A stretch of 44,495 nucleotides of DNA. Origin: an uncultured Gammaproteobacteria bacterium. Its GTDB lineage: Bacteria; Patescibacteriota; Patescibacteriia; UBA9934; GWF2-40-263. Below are positions 16,795 through 25,653 of the stretch, piece by piece (position 1 is the first letter of the stretch; every line of letters begins with the position of its first letter). The stretch is taken from assembly GCA_964359095.1 (NCBI GenBank), contig CAYHRJ010000002.1, forward strand, positions 1 through 44,495, given 5' to 3'. The translations under genes and the position numbers were made by a program. The notes under the pieces are model-generated. The model was given only the letters and a program-made list of their open reading frames with translations, was not told the DNA's origin and ran no database searches.

Positions 16795-17648
16795 ACGACA
16801 AACGGTTTTTTCCAGTTCGAGCAAATCACGAGCGCCCAAAAACTCGGATCGGTTGGCGCGATGTTTTTGTCTGCCTGGATCGCGTTCAAAACCTGTTGCT
16901 GATATTCCTCTGGTTTGGTTTTTCGATAATCGACTCCCTCTGTTGCAAGCGGCTTTGTCATGTAAGCATCATGCACCTCATTGCACGCAGGACCTCCCAA
17001 TCCAAAAAGAAAACACTGGGACGTTGGGAACAGGCGCGTGATTTTTGAGATCGTGCGTGGTGTGTACTGGCGGTAGCCGTGGCGGCCGTAGAGTTTCATG
17101 CATGCAACAGATGGAAAGAGGTGGACTTGAATGATGGGTTGAGAATGTGTTTGGACGAACTGATTGATCTCTTCAAAATAGTGTAGGTCGTTTGCAAAAT
17201 GTTCAATCGCCGACTGGCTCATGAAAAAATTTGTTTCTGGTGGGAGAGAGGAAGTGATATTTTTTCCGTCATATTTTTCAACAGTCCGTTTTGGATCCGT
17301 TCGCAATTTTTTCCAATTCGGATGTTCGTATATATCAACTCCTTTGTATTGAGTCACGCATCCTTGTGAGACTACGTTGAGATAGGAGCCATAACGACCA
17401 GAACCACATCCCGTATCGAAAGCAAAGAGGGAACCGAGCTCATCCACGATTCGATTCCACGGGAGTTCTTTCCAAAATAAATCAGAGAGAATTCGACTTG
17501 GAGATGATTGTGGATTTATTTCTAGTCCATTCAGCTTAGGCGTGAACTGTTTTCTGTGCAATTTTGGGTCGAGATTCGAATCAGGATTTCGATTTTGCAC
17601 GAAACACCACAGATAAAAAAGCTGGTTGATGATTTGTGAGTTTCGCAC
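16791..17648 (-). CDS. SAM-dependent methyltransferase (class I-like)
   Basis: FDTGCGSGRYG glycine-rich SAM motif; GTG start at 17648; AT-rich codon usage. Confidence 0.6.
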   Translation of the reverse strand: MRNSQIINQLFYLWCFVQNRNPDSNLDPKLHRKQFTPKLNGLEINPQSSPSRILSDLFWKELPWNRIVDELGSLFAFDTGCGSGRYGSYLNVVSQGCVTQYKGVDIYEHPNWKKLRTDPKRTVEKYDGKNITSSLPPETNFFMSQSAIEHFANDLHYFEEINQFVQTHSQPIIQVHLFPSVACMKLYGRHGYRQYTPRTISKITRLFPTSQCFLFGLGGPACNEVHDAYMTKPLATEGVDYRKTKPEEYQQQVLNAIQADKNIAPTDPSFWALVICSNWKKPFVV

Positions 17649-17668
17649 AGTGTTTGCATTTTACCATC

Positions 17669-18955
17669 TCAATATCTGTTCGCGATGGCTCGTATGAGAC
17701 TACTCTTTTCAAGAAATGTTTTAAAGGCTTCGCGTTTGACAGTTGTCAGATAATAAAACAAAAAGCTGATGAAACCAAATATCGTTATGGCAGAAGTCAT
17801 TCCGATGATTCCCCAAATCCAGCCCAATAAAGCAACAAGGATAATTTCTATGATATTTGGAATCACCGTTGCCGCTGCGATGGCTTTGTAGCGAAAATGA
17901 GCATCGAGGATCGTGTGCAGAAGAATGGTTGGTATTCCGATCGGGAAAGCGAGACTTAAAATGAGAAAGAGATTGAGCGACGCATGGAACGAGTCCGGCA
18001 AGAAGAAAAGAATATAAACGATGCCAAGACCAACACCTACGAGCGCCAGGAGCGAGCTTGCTACAATCATCTGAGGTAATCGTTTTCGAATACCTTCTGT
18101 CAGTTTTTCGATCGGTTGTTTAACAAAGTCCCCATACAACAGTGGACTGACCATTTTTAGAATGTTTGCAACCTGGTTTCTTAATTCGCGTGCGACCGAG
18201 AAGAATGCAAGACTGGAAAATCCAAAGAAAACTCCAATCAACACTTCAACCATTCGATTGGAAATCGCTCCCAAGAGGTCGATCGGCAGAAAACGCAGCC
18301 CGTATTTAACGCAAGCGACGTCATAGTTTTTTAAACGATATTGTTGCCAGAGCCCACTTTTGGAAATAAGAATACAAAGGGCAACCAGTGAGATACTCGA
18401 TGCGAAGATAATTTGAAACAGGACAAAAAAGACAACACTATGAGTCAAAAATGCGACGAGGCTGGAACCGATGCGCGCCACTGGGCTTGAGAGAATCTCC
18501 CAAAATCCCCATGCAGAGAATGCTTTTTTGGCAACAAAATATTCTGCGATGCATGTCTGAATCAGAATGTTTGAAAAGAGGTAGATGGCGCTAAGGCCAC
18601 TCAAAGAGGAGAGTGTCATCCGATCGGTTTTGTAGAAATAGAGAGCGAGTAGAATAAAAAGAAGGGAAGAAAGAAGAAGGAGTTTTCCACGTTTAAACAG
18701 TGCGTAAAAAAACGTTCCGTCTTGCCCAAGCGCTAAACCCCGCTTTGATCCGCCGGTGATTTGTTGGGCAGAGATGACAAGGCCCCAGGACTGCAATGCG
18801 AGAATGAATTGCCATTGTCCGTATTCTGAAATGGGAAGACTCGTTAGGATAATGGGCAGCGTTAAAACTGCAACGCCGATATTGATCAGATGTGTCGACG
18901 ACAGTGAAACGATTCCGTTTTGTTTGTCACGTAACCATGCTATCACTGTTTGCAT
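17669..18955 (-). CDS. Wzx-like polysaccharide/oligosaccharide flippase
   Basis: 428 aa with about 12 TM helices inside a glycan locus; typical MOP-superfamily size and topology. Confidence 0.7.
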   Translation of the reverse strand: MQTVIAWLRDKQNGIVSLSSTHLINIGVAVLTLPIILTSLPISEYGQWQFILALQSWGLVISAQQITGGSKRGLALGQDGTFFYALFKRGKLLLLSSLLFILLALYFYKTDRMTLSSLSGLSAIYLFSNILIQTCIAEYFVAKKAFSAWGFWEILSSPVARIGSSLVAFLTHSVVFFVLFQIIFASSISLVALCILISKSGLWQQYRLKNYDVACVKYGLRFLPIDLLGAISNRMVEVLIGVFFGFSSLAFFSVARELRNQVANILKMVSPLLYGDFVKQPIEKLTEGIRKRLPQMIVASSLLALVGVGLGIVYILFFLPDSFHASLNLFLILSLAFPIGIPTILLHTILDAHFRYKAIAAATVIPNIIEIILVALLGWIWGIIGMTSAITIFGFISFLFYYLTTVKREAFKTFLEKSSLIRAIANRY

Positions 18956-18956
18956 A

Positions 18957-20039
18957 TCAGCTTTTGATTTCGTGAAGGAAATTCAATTCATCGATTTGGA
19001 TAAGATGTTTCATCAGGCTGAGTCCCCAAACGAACATGGTTGTTCCGTGGATGTCTGGTTCATCCAAACTCAGACTGACTTTCGCACCGTAATAACGATC
19101 GTTTGCGTGATGTTTGTGGAAAGAGAAGCCTCCGAGTGATGGAAAATAGTATGCCTGCCATACATCAAGAGCGTCCAGACAAAATCGTTCGATGTCGCTG
19201 CGTCTGTATGAGTGCTGACATAACTCGTCGGCGTAGCGAAGAACGAGAATTTGATTGATCTGATCGCATGCGTCGGCCGTTTTTGTGGGTGATTGAGATA
19301 AACACAGATCAATAAGTCGTTCTGAATATTGAAATGGCAGATCATCAATCGCCAATCCAGTGATGACTTTCATAGCCCCATTTACTTTTTGTCTGTGTGA
19401 AGGATTCCCCGTGTACCACGCGCCATCAGTTTCCTGTTGGATTGAGCAGACAAACGTCAGTGCCGCATCGTGAGCTTCCAAAAAATTTTGATCGTGCAGT
19501 TGTCCAGTCCGTCGCAGGAGAGAGAAAAAAAACATCAAGTGACTGAAATGACTTCCAGCTCCCCACGGATGTGACCAATCAAGTGAACGCAAAAATTTTT
19601 CTACATCATTTGGTTTGATTGGGATCTGAAGAGTCATCTGTTGTGGAAGCACGTCATACAACATGAGCGCAGAATAGGCTTGTCGAGTTTCAGCTCGGAT
19701 GTACTGCTCATTGCCCATTTGCGTCAGTCGACCGTGCTTCAGGTTTGAAAGAATGTTTCTCAGAAGCCGTTTTCGACAAACGAGTGGATCTCGAAATGTC
19801 CCGTCCGCTTGTTGAAACGAAAGAACCCGATCGACAATCGGTTTGATGATTCTTTCATCTGATTCACCAATCAGGCGATAAAGTTTGAGCGCAAAGATAC
19901 TTCCGGCCAGATTTGAGGTTCGTTTTTTTTTATACAGATCTCCCGAAAAGGAATAAGAAAAATAGCCAGGAATGGTTCCATCCCGTTGGTGATCAAGAAA
20001 AAAAGGGAGGTTGTTTTTTAATCCAGAGAGCCAATCCAT
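18957..20039 (-). CDS. Hypothetical protein, possibly an alpha/alpha-toroid fold
   Basis: 360-aa soluble ORF; recurring aromatic/Gly motifs (DGTFRD, DGAWYTG, LGGFSFH) reminiscent of prenyltransferase/terpene-cyclase repeats; no firm family call. Confidence 0.45.
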   Translation of the reverse strand: MDWLSGLKNNLPFFLDHQRDGTIPGYFSYSFSGDLYKKKRTSNLAGSIFALKLYRLIGESDERIIKPIVDRVLSFQQADGTFRDPLVCRKRLLRNILSNLKHGRLTQMGNEQYIRAETRQAYSALMLYDVLPQQMTLQIPIKPNDVEKFLRSLDWSHPWGAGSHFSHLMFFFSLLRRTGQLHDQNFLEAHDAALTFVCSIQQETDGAWYTGNPSHRQKVNGAMKVITGLAIDDLPFQYSERLIDLCLSQSPTKTADACDQINQILVLRYADELCQHSYRRSDIERFCLDALDVWQAYYFPSLGGFSFHKHHANDRYYGAKVSLSLDEPDIHGTTMFVWGLSLMKHLIQIDELNFLHEIKS

Positions 20040-20053
20040 AATGGCATTCGGTG

Positions 20054-20779
20054 TTAGTTGGTTGTTTTGACCCCAATCCTCCCCGTGTTATCAATCCGAG
20101 AGAGCAAAATTTTTTCCGTTGAAAAATATTCGTCTACAGCGCGTTTTGCTCCAGCCCAATGTCCATAATCATCTATGATGAGCACTCCACTCATACACAG
20201 AAGTGGGAAGAGATGTGTCAGTTCATGCGCGGTTGATTCATACCAATCTGTGTCTAGACGCAAGAGGGCGATTTCTTTTGGTATCGTTGATGGGATCGTT
20301 TCTTTCACATCACCCATGATGTATTGGATATGCTCTTTGGGATAGTGAGTCGAAGCGAGATTGTTTTTTACCTCCTCGATGGAGGCATAGGCCCAGTCAT
20401 TATGATCGTCTTTTTTGTTCTGAATCCACTTTGTGAACGCATTTCTTTTTGGATCAGATACGTGAAAATCATTTTTTGTCGGTTCCGTCATGCCTTGATA
20501 TGTGTCATACAGATAGATTGTTCTTGTTGTGTCACCGAAGTGTTCAAGTGCGAGAGCGCAGAGCATCGCACTTCCTCCTTTCCAAACGCCACACTCTACA
20601 ATGTCTCCGGGAATAGCGTTTTTGTAGATGTATTCGACACTTTTAAACAGAGTGTACATTCGTTCGACAGAAGTCATCGTAAATTTACTACATTGATGAT
20701 AGAGATCAACAAAAACTGGATCCGAGCGTTCCAGATCCATCGGGATTTCCTTTTTTTGAAAACCAAAGATGTTTTTCAT
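20054..20779 (-). CDS. TylF/MycF-family O-methyltransferase
   Basis: GDIVECGVWKGGSAM, LYDTYQGM and LRLDTDWYEST..LIIDDYGHWAGAKRAVDEY match the macrocin O-methyltransferase family signature. Confidence 0.8.
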   Translation of the reverse strand: MKNIFGFQKKEIPMDLERSDPVFVDLYHQCSKFTMTSVERMYTLFKSVEYIYKNAIPGDIVECGVWKGGSAMLCALALEHFGDTTRTIYLYDTYQGMTEPTKNDFHVSDPKRNAFTKWIQNKKDDHNDWAYASIEEVKNNLASTHYPKEHIQYIMGDVKETIPSTIPKEIALLRLDTDWYESTAHELTHLFPLLCMSGVLIIDDYGHWAGAKRAVDEYFSTEKILLSRIDNTGRIGVKTTN

Positions 20780-20785
20780 AAATTT

Positions 20786-21463
20786 TTACGATGCCGATTT
20801 TGTCGCAATGATGAAGTATCCACCGTGTGCATTTCGCAGATTGGGTGATGACAAAACAATGGGGGTTCGATCAAGAAGGATGAGTACATCTATGAGAGGA
20901 AGAAACAAATAGAGAATCAACCGAATTGGCTCTGGCATTGCTTTTATGAATAATTTCAAGTGATCCGCCAGTACCGTAAAGTATCTTCCCATGATGGAAA
21001 AAACTTCAATTTGAAAATTTCTTTTTGATAACTCTTGTTTCCATTTCGTTTCTGTCCACCTTTGATAATCATGTGGATCGGAATGGACAAGGTAAAGAAA
21101 TGGGACAGAGATAATGAACCTTCCGCCTATTTTCAAAACCCGTGTGCATTCATCCAGACCAGCTTCAATTTTTTCTACATGCTCAAATAGTTCGCAAGCA
21201 CAGATGACATCGATGCTTTCAATTTCTATTGAGTCCATTTGTGCAACATCTAGAACAATGTCTGGATAATGTGCTGGATTGATATCAGCAAAAATCCATT
21301 TTTGAACCTGCGTTTTTGGTTTTACGAATCGTCCTCGGCCTCTTCCGCCTATATCTAAAACAACTCCAGAAAAAAGTGATCGATGTTTATCGAGATATTG
21401 ATCCAGGAGCTTTCGTCGATAGCTTTCGCAAAAATAATAGCGAATTTGCTTAAATATGTTCAT
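20786..21463 (-). CDS. Class I SAM-dependent methyltransferase
   Basis: VLDIGGRGRG motif I and the CELFEHV post-motif; 14-nt overlap with the upstream gene. Confidence 0.7.
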   Translation of the reverse strand: MNIFKQIRYYFCESYRRKLLDQYLDKHRSLFSGVVLDIGGRGRGRFVKPKTQVQKWIFADINPAHYPDIVLDVAQMDSIEIESIDVICACELFEHVEKIEAGLDECTRVLKIGGRFIISVPFLYLVHSDPHDYQRWTETKWKQELSKRNFQIEVFSIMGRYFTVLADHLKLFIKAMPEPIRLILYLFLPLIDVLILLDRTPIVLSSPNLRNAHGGYFIIATKSAS

Positions 21464-22247
21464 AACACACTTGGGATGCTTCTTCTTTTTTTGAAACAGC
21501 GATCATATAAGACATGGATCGTGAGTCGAGTGTTTTATTGGGTTCAAACAAATTTATCCCTAGATAAATGTGCAAGATGTTGATGACGTATTTGAAGAGA
21601 GGTATGTTTTTTCCGAAACAGGGAAAGGCTCGTTTGTAAAGAAGAGAGAAAAGCAGCGGATGGGTTTCAATCAGATGACAATTTCCAAAAGATCCTTTCA
21701 TGATTTCCGTAAATTCGTTTTGAAAAAATTCATGGGCATGATTTAGATCTATCGGATATTCTGTGAATCTAATCGGAGTTCCAATGCTCACAAAAGCATT
21801 TTTTTTTGTCACACGCTGGATTTCAGCTAACATTTTTTTTGGGTAGAGAACATGTTCAATCACATCGGATGAGACAACGATATCAAAATGGTTTTCAGGA
21901 AATTTTATTTGATACACATCACCACAAATAAAATGAGCTTCCGGGATTTGTTTTCTCGCGATCATAATGGCCTCTTCGGACGAATCGATCCCGAACAGTT
22001 CAATGTTTTGACCGAAGGTTTTTTTCAGTAAATACAATAATACACCATCACCACAACCAACATCCAACAGTTTTAAACCCCCATCCCCCCCGGGTTTTTT
22101 TTTAAGATAATCTTTAACGACATTGACATGTTGTGTATACCTTGAAAAAACAAACGAATTGAACCGAAACACATTTTTTTCGATTTGTCGATAATGGTAA
22201 TCTGAGCCCATTGTTTCGTATTTTGTAAATTTTTTTTCTTTTTCCAT
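21450..22247 (-). CDS. Class I SAM-dependent methyltransferase
   Basis: LLDVGCGDGVL motif I, FGIDSSEEAI motif II, the acidic motif SSDVIEHV. Confidence 0.75.
   Translation of the reverse strand: MEKEKKFTKYETMGSDYHYRQIEKNVFRFNSFVFSRYTQHVNVVKDYLKKKPGGDGGLKLLDVGCGDGVLLYLLKKTFGQNIELFGIDSSEEAIMIARKQIPEAHFICGDVYQIKFPENHFDIVVSSDVIEHVLYPKKMLAEIQRVTKKNAFVSIGTPIRFTEYPIDLNHAHEFFQNEFTEIMKGSFGNCHLIETHPLLFSLLYKRAFPCFGKNIPLFKYVINILHIYLGINLFEPNKTLDSRSMSYMIAVSKKEEASQVCYEHI
22078..22103. repeat. Compound homopolymer tract C5-AT-C7-G3-T9 inside the methyltransferase gene
   Basis: Read directly; on the coding strand it encodes KKKPGGDGG just upstream of SAM motif I. Confidence 0.9.
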
Positions 22248-22264
22248 AATTCACCAAAACTCTT

Positions 22265-23311
22265 TTATCTAGTCAATAGATTGATAGCGAAACGAACTTT
22301 GTTTTTCATTTTCCATATGAGGATTTGACTTTTTAGTCGTGTCAATCCGATCAGATGACATTGTTTGGGCATATATCTTTTTTTCTGTGTCTCCCGCCAG
22401 ACCTGTTCAATAAACGAAAGATAATCTTTAGCTGCGGTTCGTATATCATATTTTGGGAGGTGCGATTGATAGAGATTTAGATTGTTTGCGACAACGTCGA
22501 TTTTTTTCAATGCTTCTTCTTGTGTGGCAAACAACTCTCCTCCTGTTTGAACAAGTTCTTGGTGGCCACCATCGTTTAGGGCAACGGCTGGGAGTCCGCA
22601 AGAGAGGGCTTCGACGAGTGCATTTGAACAAGGGTCTTTTTGGGAGGCTGTGATAAAGATATCATGTTCTTTCAAAAGTTTTGCCAGTTCAATCGAACCA
22701 ACAGCAGGAATTGTGTGTATGTGTTTGAATGGAATATTCGTGTTTCCAACAAAAGTCATCTCGTATTTGTTGAAATTCAGTTTTTCGTCCAAATATTGGT
22801 AGAGATCGAATCCTTTGCGTGGGTTTGATGACCAACTGACTACGATGAGTTTTGTTTTCGTACGATTTGCATTTGGGTCGCGTCCTTTTTGGTTAAAGAT
22901 CTCCATGTCCGGTGCATTATAAATAACTGTTTCATATACTGAGGAGATCCCGAACTGTTTTTTGTTTTCGTTTTGGCACCATTTTGATTGGAAGATGATT
23001 CCGTCGCACAGGAGCTGATTAAACATTGCGATGACTTGATCAACCTCTTTATCCGTATTTCGAATGGTTGAAATGGGTCCATTTAAGCGATAAATGAAAA
23101 GCTTTTGAGGGAATTGTTTTTTGATTTTGAAAGCCTGATCAAACAAGTATTCGGCTCCAAACGGGTAACTATTGAACAGAATCGCATCAGCCTCATCTGT
23201 GCGCTCTGTGTAGACACCTTGTCGCTGCCACTCTTTTTTGAGTGCATTTAAAAATTGATTTCCACCACCCCAAGGCTCCTCTCGCAGATTGTGGAGGATA
23301 GACATTTTCAT
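22265..23311 (-). CDS. Glycosyltransferase family 4
   Basis: ATG at 23311 (MKMSILHNL); C-terminal DPCSNALVEALSCGLPAVALNDGGHQELV GT-B motif; ATGA overlap with the upstream gene; the Arg-rich track extension is rejected. Confidence 0.75.
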   Translation of the reverse strand: MKMSILHNLREEPWGGGNQFLNALKKEWQRQGVYTERTDEADAILFNSYPFGAEYLFDQAFKIKKQFPQKLFIYRLNGPISTIRNTDKEVDQVIAMFNQLLCDGIIFQSKWCQNENKKQFGISSVYETVIYNAPDMEIFNQKGRDPNANRTKTKLIVVSWSSNPRKGFDLYQYLDEKLNFNKYEMTFVGNTNIPFKHIHTIPAVGSIELAKLLKEHDIFITASQKDPCSNALVEALSCGLPAVALNDGGHQELVQTGGELFATQEEALKKIDVVANNLNLYQSHLPKYDIRTAAKDYLSFIEQVWRETQKKRYMPKQCHLIGLTRLKSQILIWKMKNKVRFAINLLTR

Positions 23312-24375
23312 ACAAGTGGTTGGTACAGCTCCTCGAAATAATGACGTGCGATATTGTCCCACGAGGAGTTCCCAACCTCCTTGAGCGCCTGGTCGGCGAG
23401 CTTTTTTTTGAGATTCGGATCGCCATGCAGTCGCCTGACGTTGTGGGCGAGTGCGTTTACATCTTCGACCTCTGCGAGCAGAACGGTTTCCCCGTCTCGC
23501 GCGATGTCTGGCACCATACCGACTCGAGTCGAGACAAGAGGGATCCCGCTTGCCCAAGCTTCCAGAAGGGATTTCGGTCCTCCTTCAAGTCGCGACGTGA
23601 TCAAGTAAACGTCCAGCGCATGGTACATCGATGGGAGCTCGTTGATGTGGTGAAGGTATGTGTGCACATACTCAATTCCGTATTCCTTGAGTCGGTGCTT
23701 CACGTAGCCGCGGGAAGGTCCGGTGAGCAGAACAAGAGGATTAAAGGCTTTGAGCCTGGCCAACGTCTCCACTAGAAGATCCGGTCCTTTGTTTAGCTTG
23801 GGCTCAAGACCCTCGCCCCAGCCAACACCATCTTTTTGAAAGGAGCCGATGACCAGCCGATCAGGTGCTATGCCGAGCCTTTCACGCACCGCGCGTTTTT
23901 GCTCCGGTGTCGCTGGAGTGAAGAGTGTTGTATCAACCCCAAGAGGGATCACGACGATTTTTTGTTCATCGATTCCAGCCTCAACGAGCGTGCGTTTGGT
24001 GGACTCACAGGACGTATGGATCGCGTGGAGTTCTTGCTGGATTTGAACAAGCCGTTTCACGCGCGGGTCGTCGTCTAGGATATGAAACCACGTGAGGATG
24101 ACGCGGTTGGATGGGTGTGGTTTGTTCCATCCGGTTTTCGTAAAGAAGGTATTCACGCTACCGAAATGGATAATTTGATTGTGTAGGAGACAAGGGCAGT
24201 AGGTGATGCGTGTTTTCACGAGATGTTGTTGGTTCAACGCTCGCGTGATTGATTCGCCGTCATGCTTGATTGACCAGTCATAGGTTTCGACGATATAAGC
24301 AAGTTTAAAACCACGCAGACCTGCGGTGAGGTTGCCGACGATGCCTTTGAGTCGAAGGAGGATGCGTTTCATCAT
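23308..24375 (-). CDS. Glycosyltransferase family 4
   Basis: ATG at 24375 (MMKRILL); EGGPKSLLEAWASGIPLVSTRVGMVPD motif. Confidence 0.8.
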   Translation of the reverse strand: MMKRILLRLKGIVGNLTAGLRGFKLAYIVETYDWSIKHDGESITRALNQQHLVKTRITYCPCLLHNQIIHFGSVNTFFTKTGWNKPHPSNRVILTWFHILDDDPRVKRLVQIQQELHAIHTSCESTKRTLVEAGIDEQKIVVIPLGVDTTLFTPATPEQKRAVRERLGIAPDRLVIGSFQKDGVGWGEGLEPKLNKGPDLLVETLARLKAFNPLVLLTGPSRGYVKHRLKEYGIEYVHTYLHHINELPSMYHALDVYLITSRLEGGPKSLLEAWASGIPLVSTRVGMVPDIARDGETVLLAEVEDVNALAHNVRRLHGDPNLKKKLADQALKEVGNSSWDNIARHYFEELYQPLV

Positions 24376-24431
24376 GAGAGAAGGCTGACGACCACCCAGA
24401 TTTCGCCAAGAAGTACGTCGTGGTGTGGAGT

Positions 24432-24599
24432 CTAAAACAGTGTGTAAATAAACGGCGCGAGTGCCGAACCTTCGACGAACACCAAGACAATGCCCAACAG
24501 AATCAAGAAAACCATCACGGGTCCAATCCACCACTTTTTGTAGTGTCGCATGAAACCCCAAAGTTCATGAAAGATGGAAAGCTTGCTGTTTTTGAACAT
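24432..24599 (-). CDS. DUF5989-family small membrane protein (55 aa), absent from the ORF track
   Basis: Hand translation of the minus strand gives MFKNSKLSIFHELWGFMRHYKKWWIGPVMVFLILLGIVLVFVEGSALAPFIYTLF*. The KKWW..P....L.LLG......GSA.APFIYTLF pattern is characteristic of the small protein found with polysaccharide carbamoyltransferases. Confidence 0.7.
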   Translation of the reverse strand: MFKNSKLSIFHELWGFMRHYKKWWIGPVMVFLILLGIVLVFVEGSALAPFIYTLF

Positions 24600-24601
24600 A
24601 G

Positions 24602-25651
24602 TCATTGCACGAGGTTATTTTGCTTCAAGAAGTGTAGCAGGTTTTGAGCCGTCAAGTAGTATCCGGTCGTGGATGGGTGGCCGTTCCAAGGGAGCAGATA
24701 GGTGAGGCGGGAATCGGCGTCGCGCAGGAAGGTCGAGGCGTCGAGCAAAGGGGTGTCGTATTTCTCGCCGAGTTCCACAACAAACGAAGCCATCTTTGTT
24801 TTCTCACCTTCGACAGGATCCAGGCTTACCATTCTCGCTTCAGGATAGAACAGGACAACGATCGGAATGCTGTGCTCCCTGGCAAGTGAAACGAACTGGG
24901 CGAACGCTCCCTCGTACGCTCCCTCGTACTCGCGGTTATCGCCGTAGAGGATTGACTCGTAGAGGGCGTCGTCTCCCTGTGCACGCGAGTCGAGTATATC
25001 CTGCGCTACACGAGCATTCTTCAATTTCACTAGCGCCGCCACGAAGTACGAATGGTCGTACAGGAAGTTTTTGACGACCCACTTCGCCTCCACCTTCCAG
25101 TCTCCCGTCTTTGGTCGCTTGAACAACCCGCGCTGAACCTTGCGTATGTCCGCAATGTCATTGAAGGTCACTTCAAGGATGATGAGGTCTGGATTCAATG
25201 TGATGCCTTTGTCTGTCAGATACGCAAGCTCGTCGGCAATCGTGTAGGACGCGATGCCAGCGTTCAGTACCTCAACCAGTTGTTCAGGGTTTTCTGATCG
25301 CAAGAGCTGTTCCAAGCGCGCTGGCCAGGTTTCATCATTCGCGACATACGGTCCAAACGTAAACGAATCACCGATGGCGAGGATCCGCAGAGTATCATCG
25401 TCAGTGACTGACGCGTCCTCATTGTTGCGTAACCCGAGATTGTTGGTGGAGACGACGTAAGGATGTTCCTCGGCTATCAACGAGAGGATCTCCTTGTTAG
25501 GCCGTAGGTCGCCACAACATTCAAACGAGTGGCCCCAGCCTTTGGTTCGCCTGATATCGACAAGTCCGCTGACTCGAACCAACAGTTCTAAAAGAATCAG
25601 GAGCACCATGCCCAATGCGAGGGAGAGGAGGATGTACCTACATCGAGTCAT
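24602..25651 (-). CDS. Membrane-anchored SGNH/GDSL-family hydrolase or acyl-esterase
   Basis: N-terminal TM helix, then the ILAIGDSFTFG block I (GDS motif); 2-nt gap to the DUF5989 gene. Confidence 0.7.
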   Translation of the reverse strand: MTRCRYILLSLALGMVLLILLELLVRVSGLVDIRRTKGWGHSFECCGDLRPNKEILSLIAEEHPYVVSTNNLGLRNNEDASVTDDDTLRILAIGDSFTFGPYVANDETWPARLEQLLRSENPEQLVEVLNAGIASYTIADELAYLTDKGITLNPDLIILEVTFNDIADIRKVQRGLFKRPKTGDWKVEAKWVVKNFLYDHSYFVAALVKLKNARVAQDILDSRAQGDDALYESILYGDNREYEGAYEGAFAQFVSLAREHSIPIVVLFYPEARMVSLDPVEGEKTKMASFVVELGEKYDTPLLDASTFLRDADSRLTYLLPWNGHPSTTGYYLTAQNLLHFLKQNNLVQ

Positions 25652-25653
25652 GG

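Noticed and set aside
23312-24561. Arg-rich N-terminal extensions of the two GT4 ORFs (22265-23557 and 23308-24561), plus the plus-strand ORF 24420-24647
   Set aside because: The extensions overlap the preceding genes or the DUF5989 gene out of frame and have non-protein-like composition. Internal ATGs (23311, 24375) give the 4-nt overlap or short-gap operon junctions typical of this locus.
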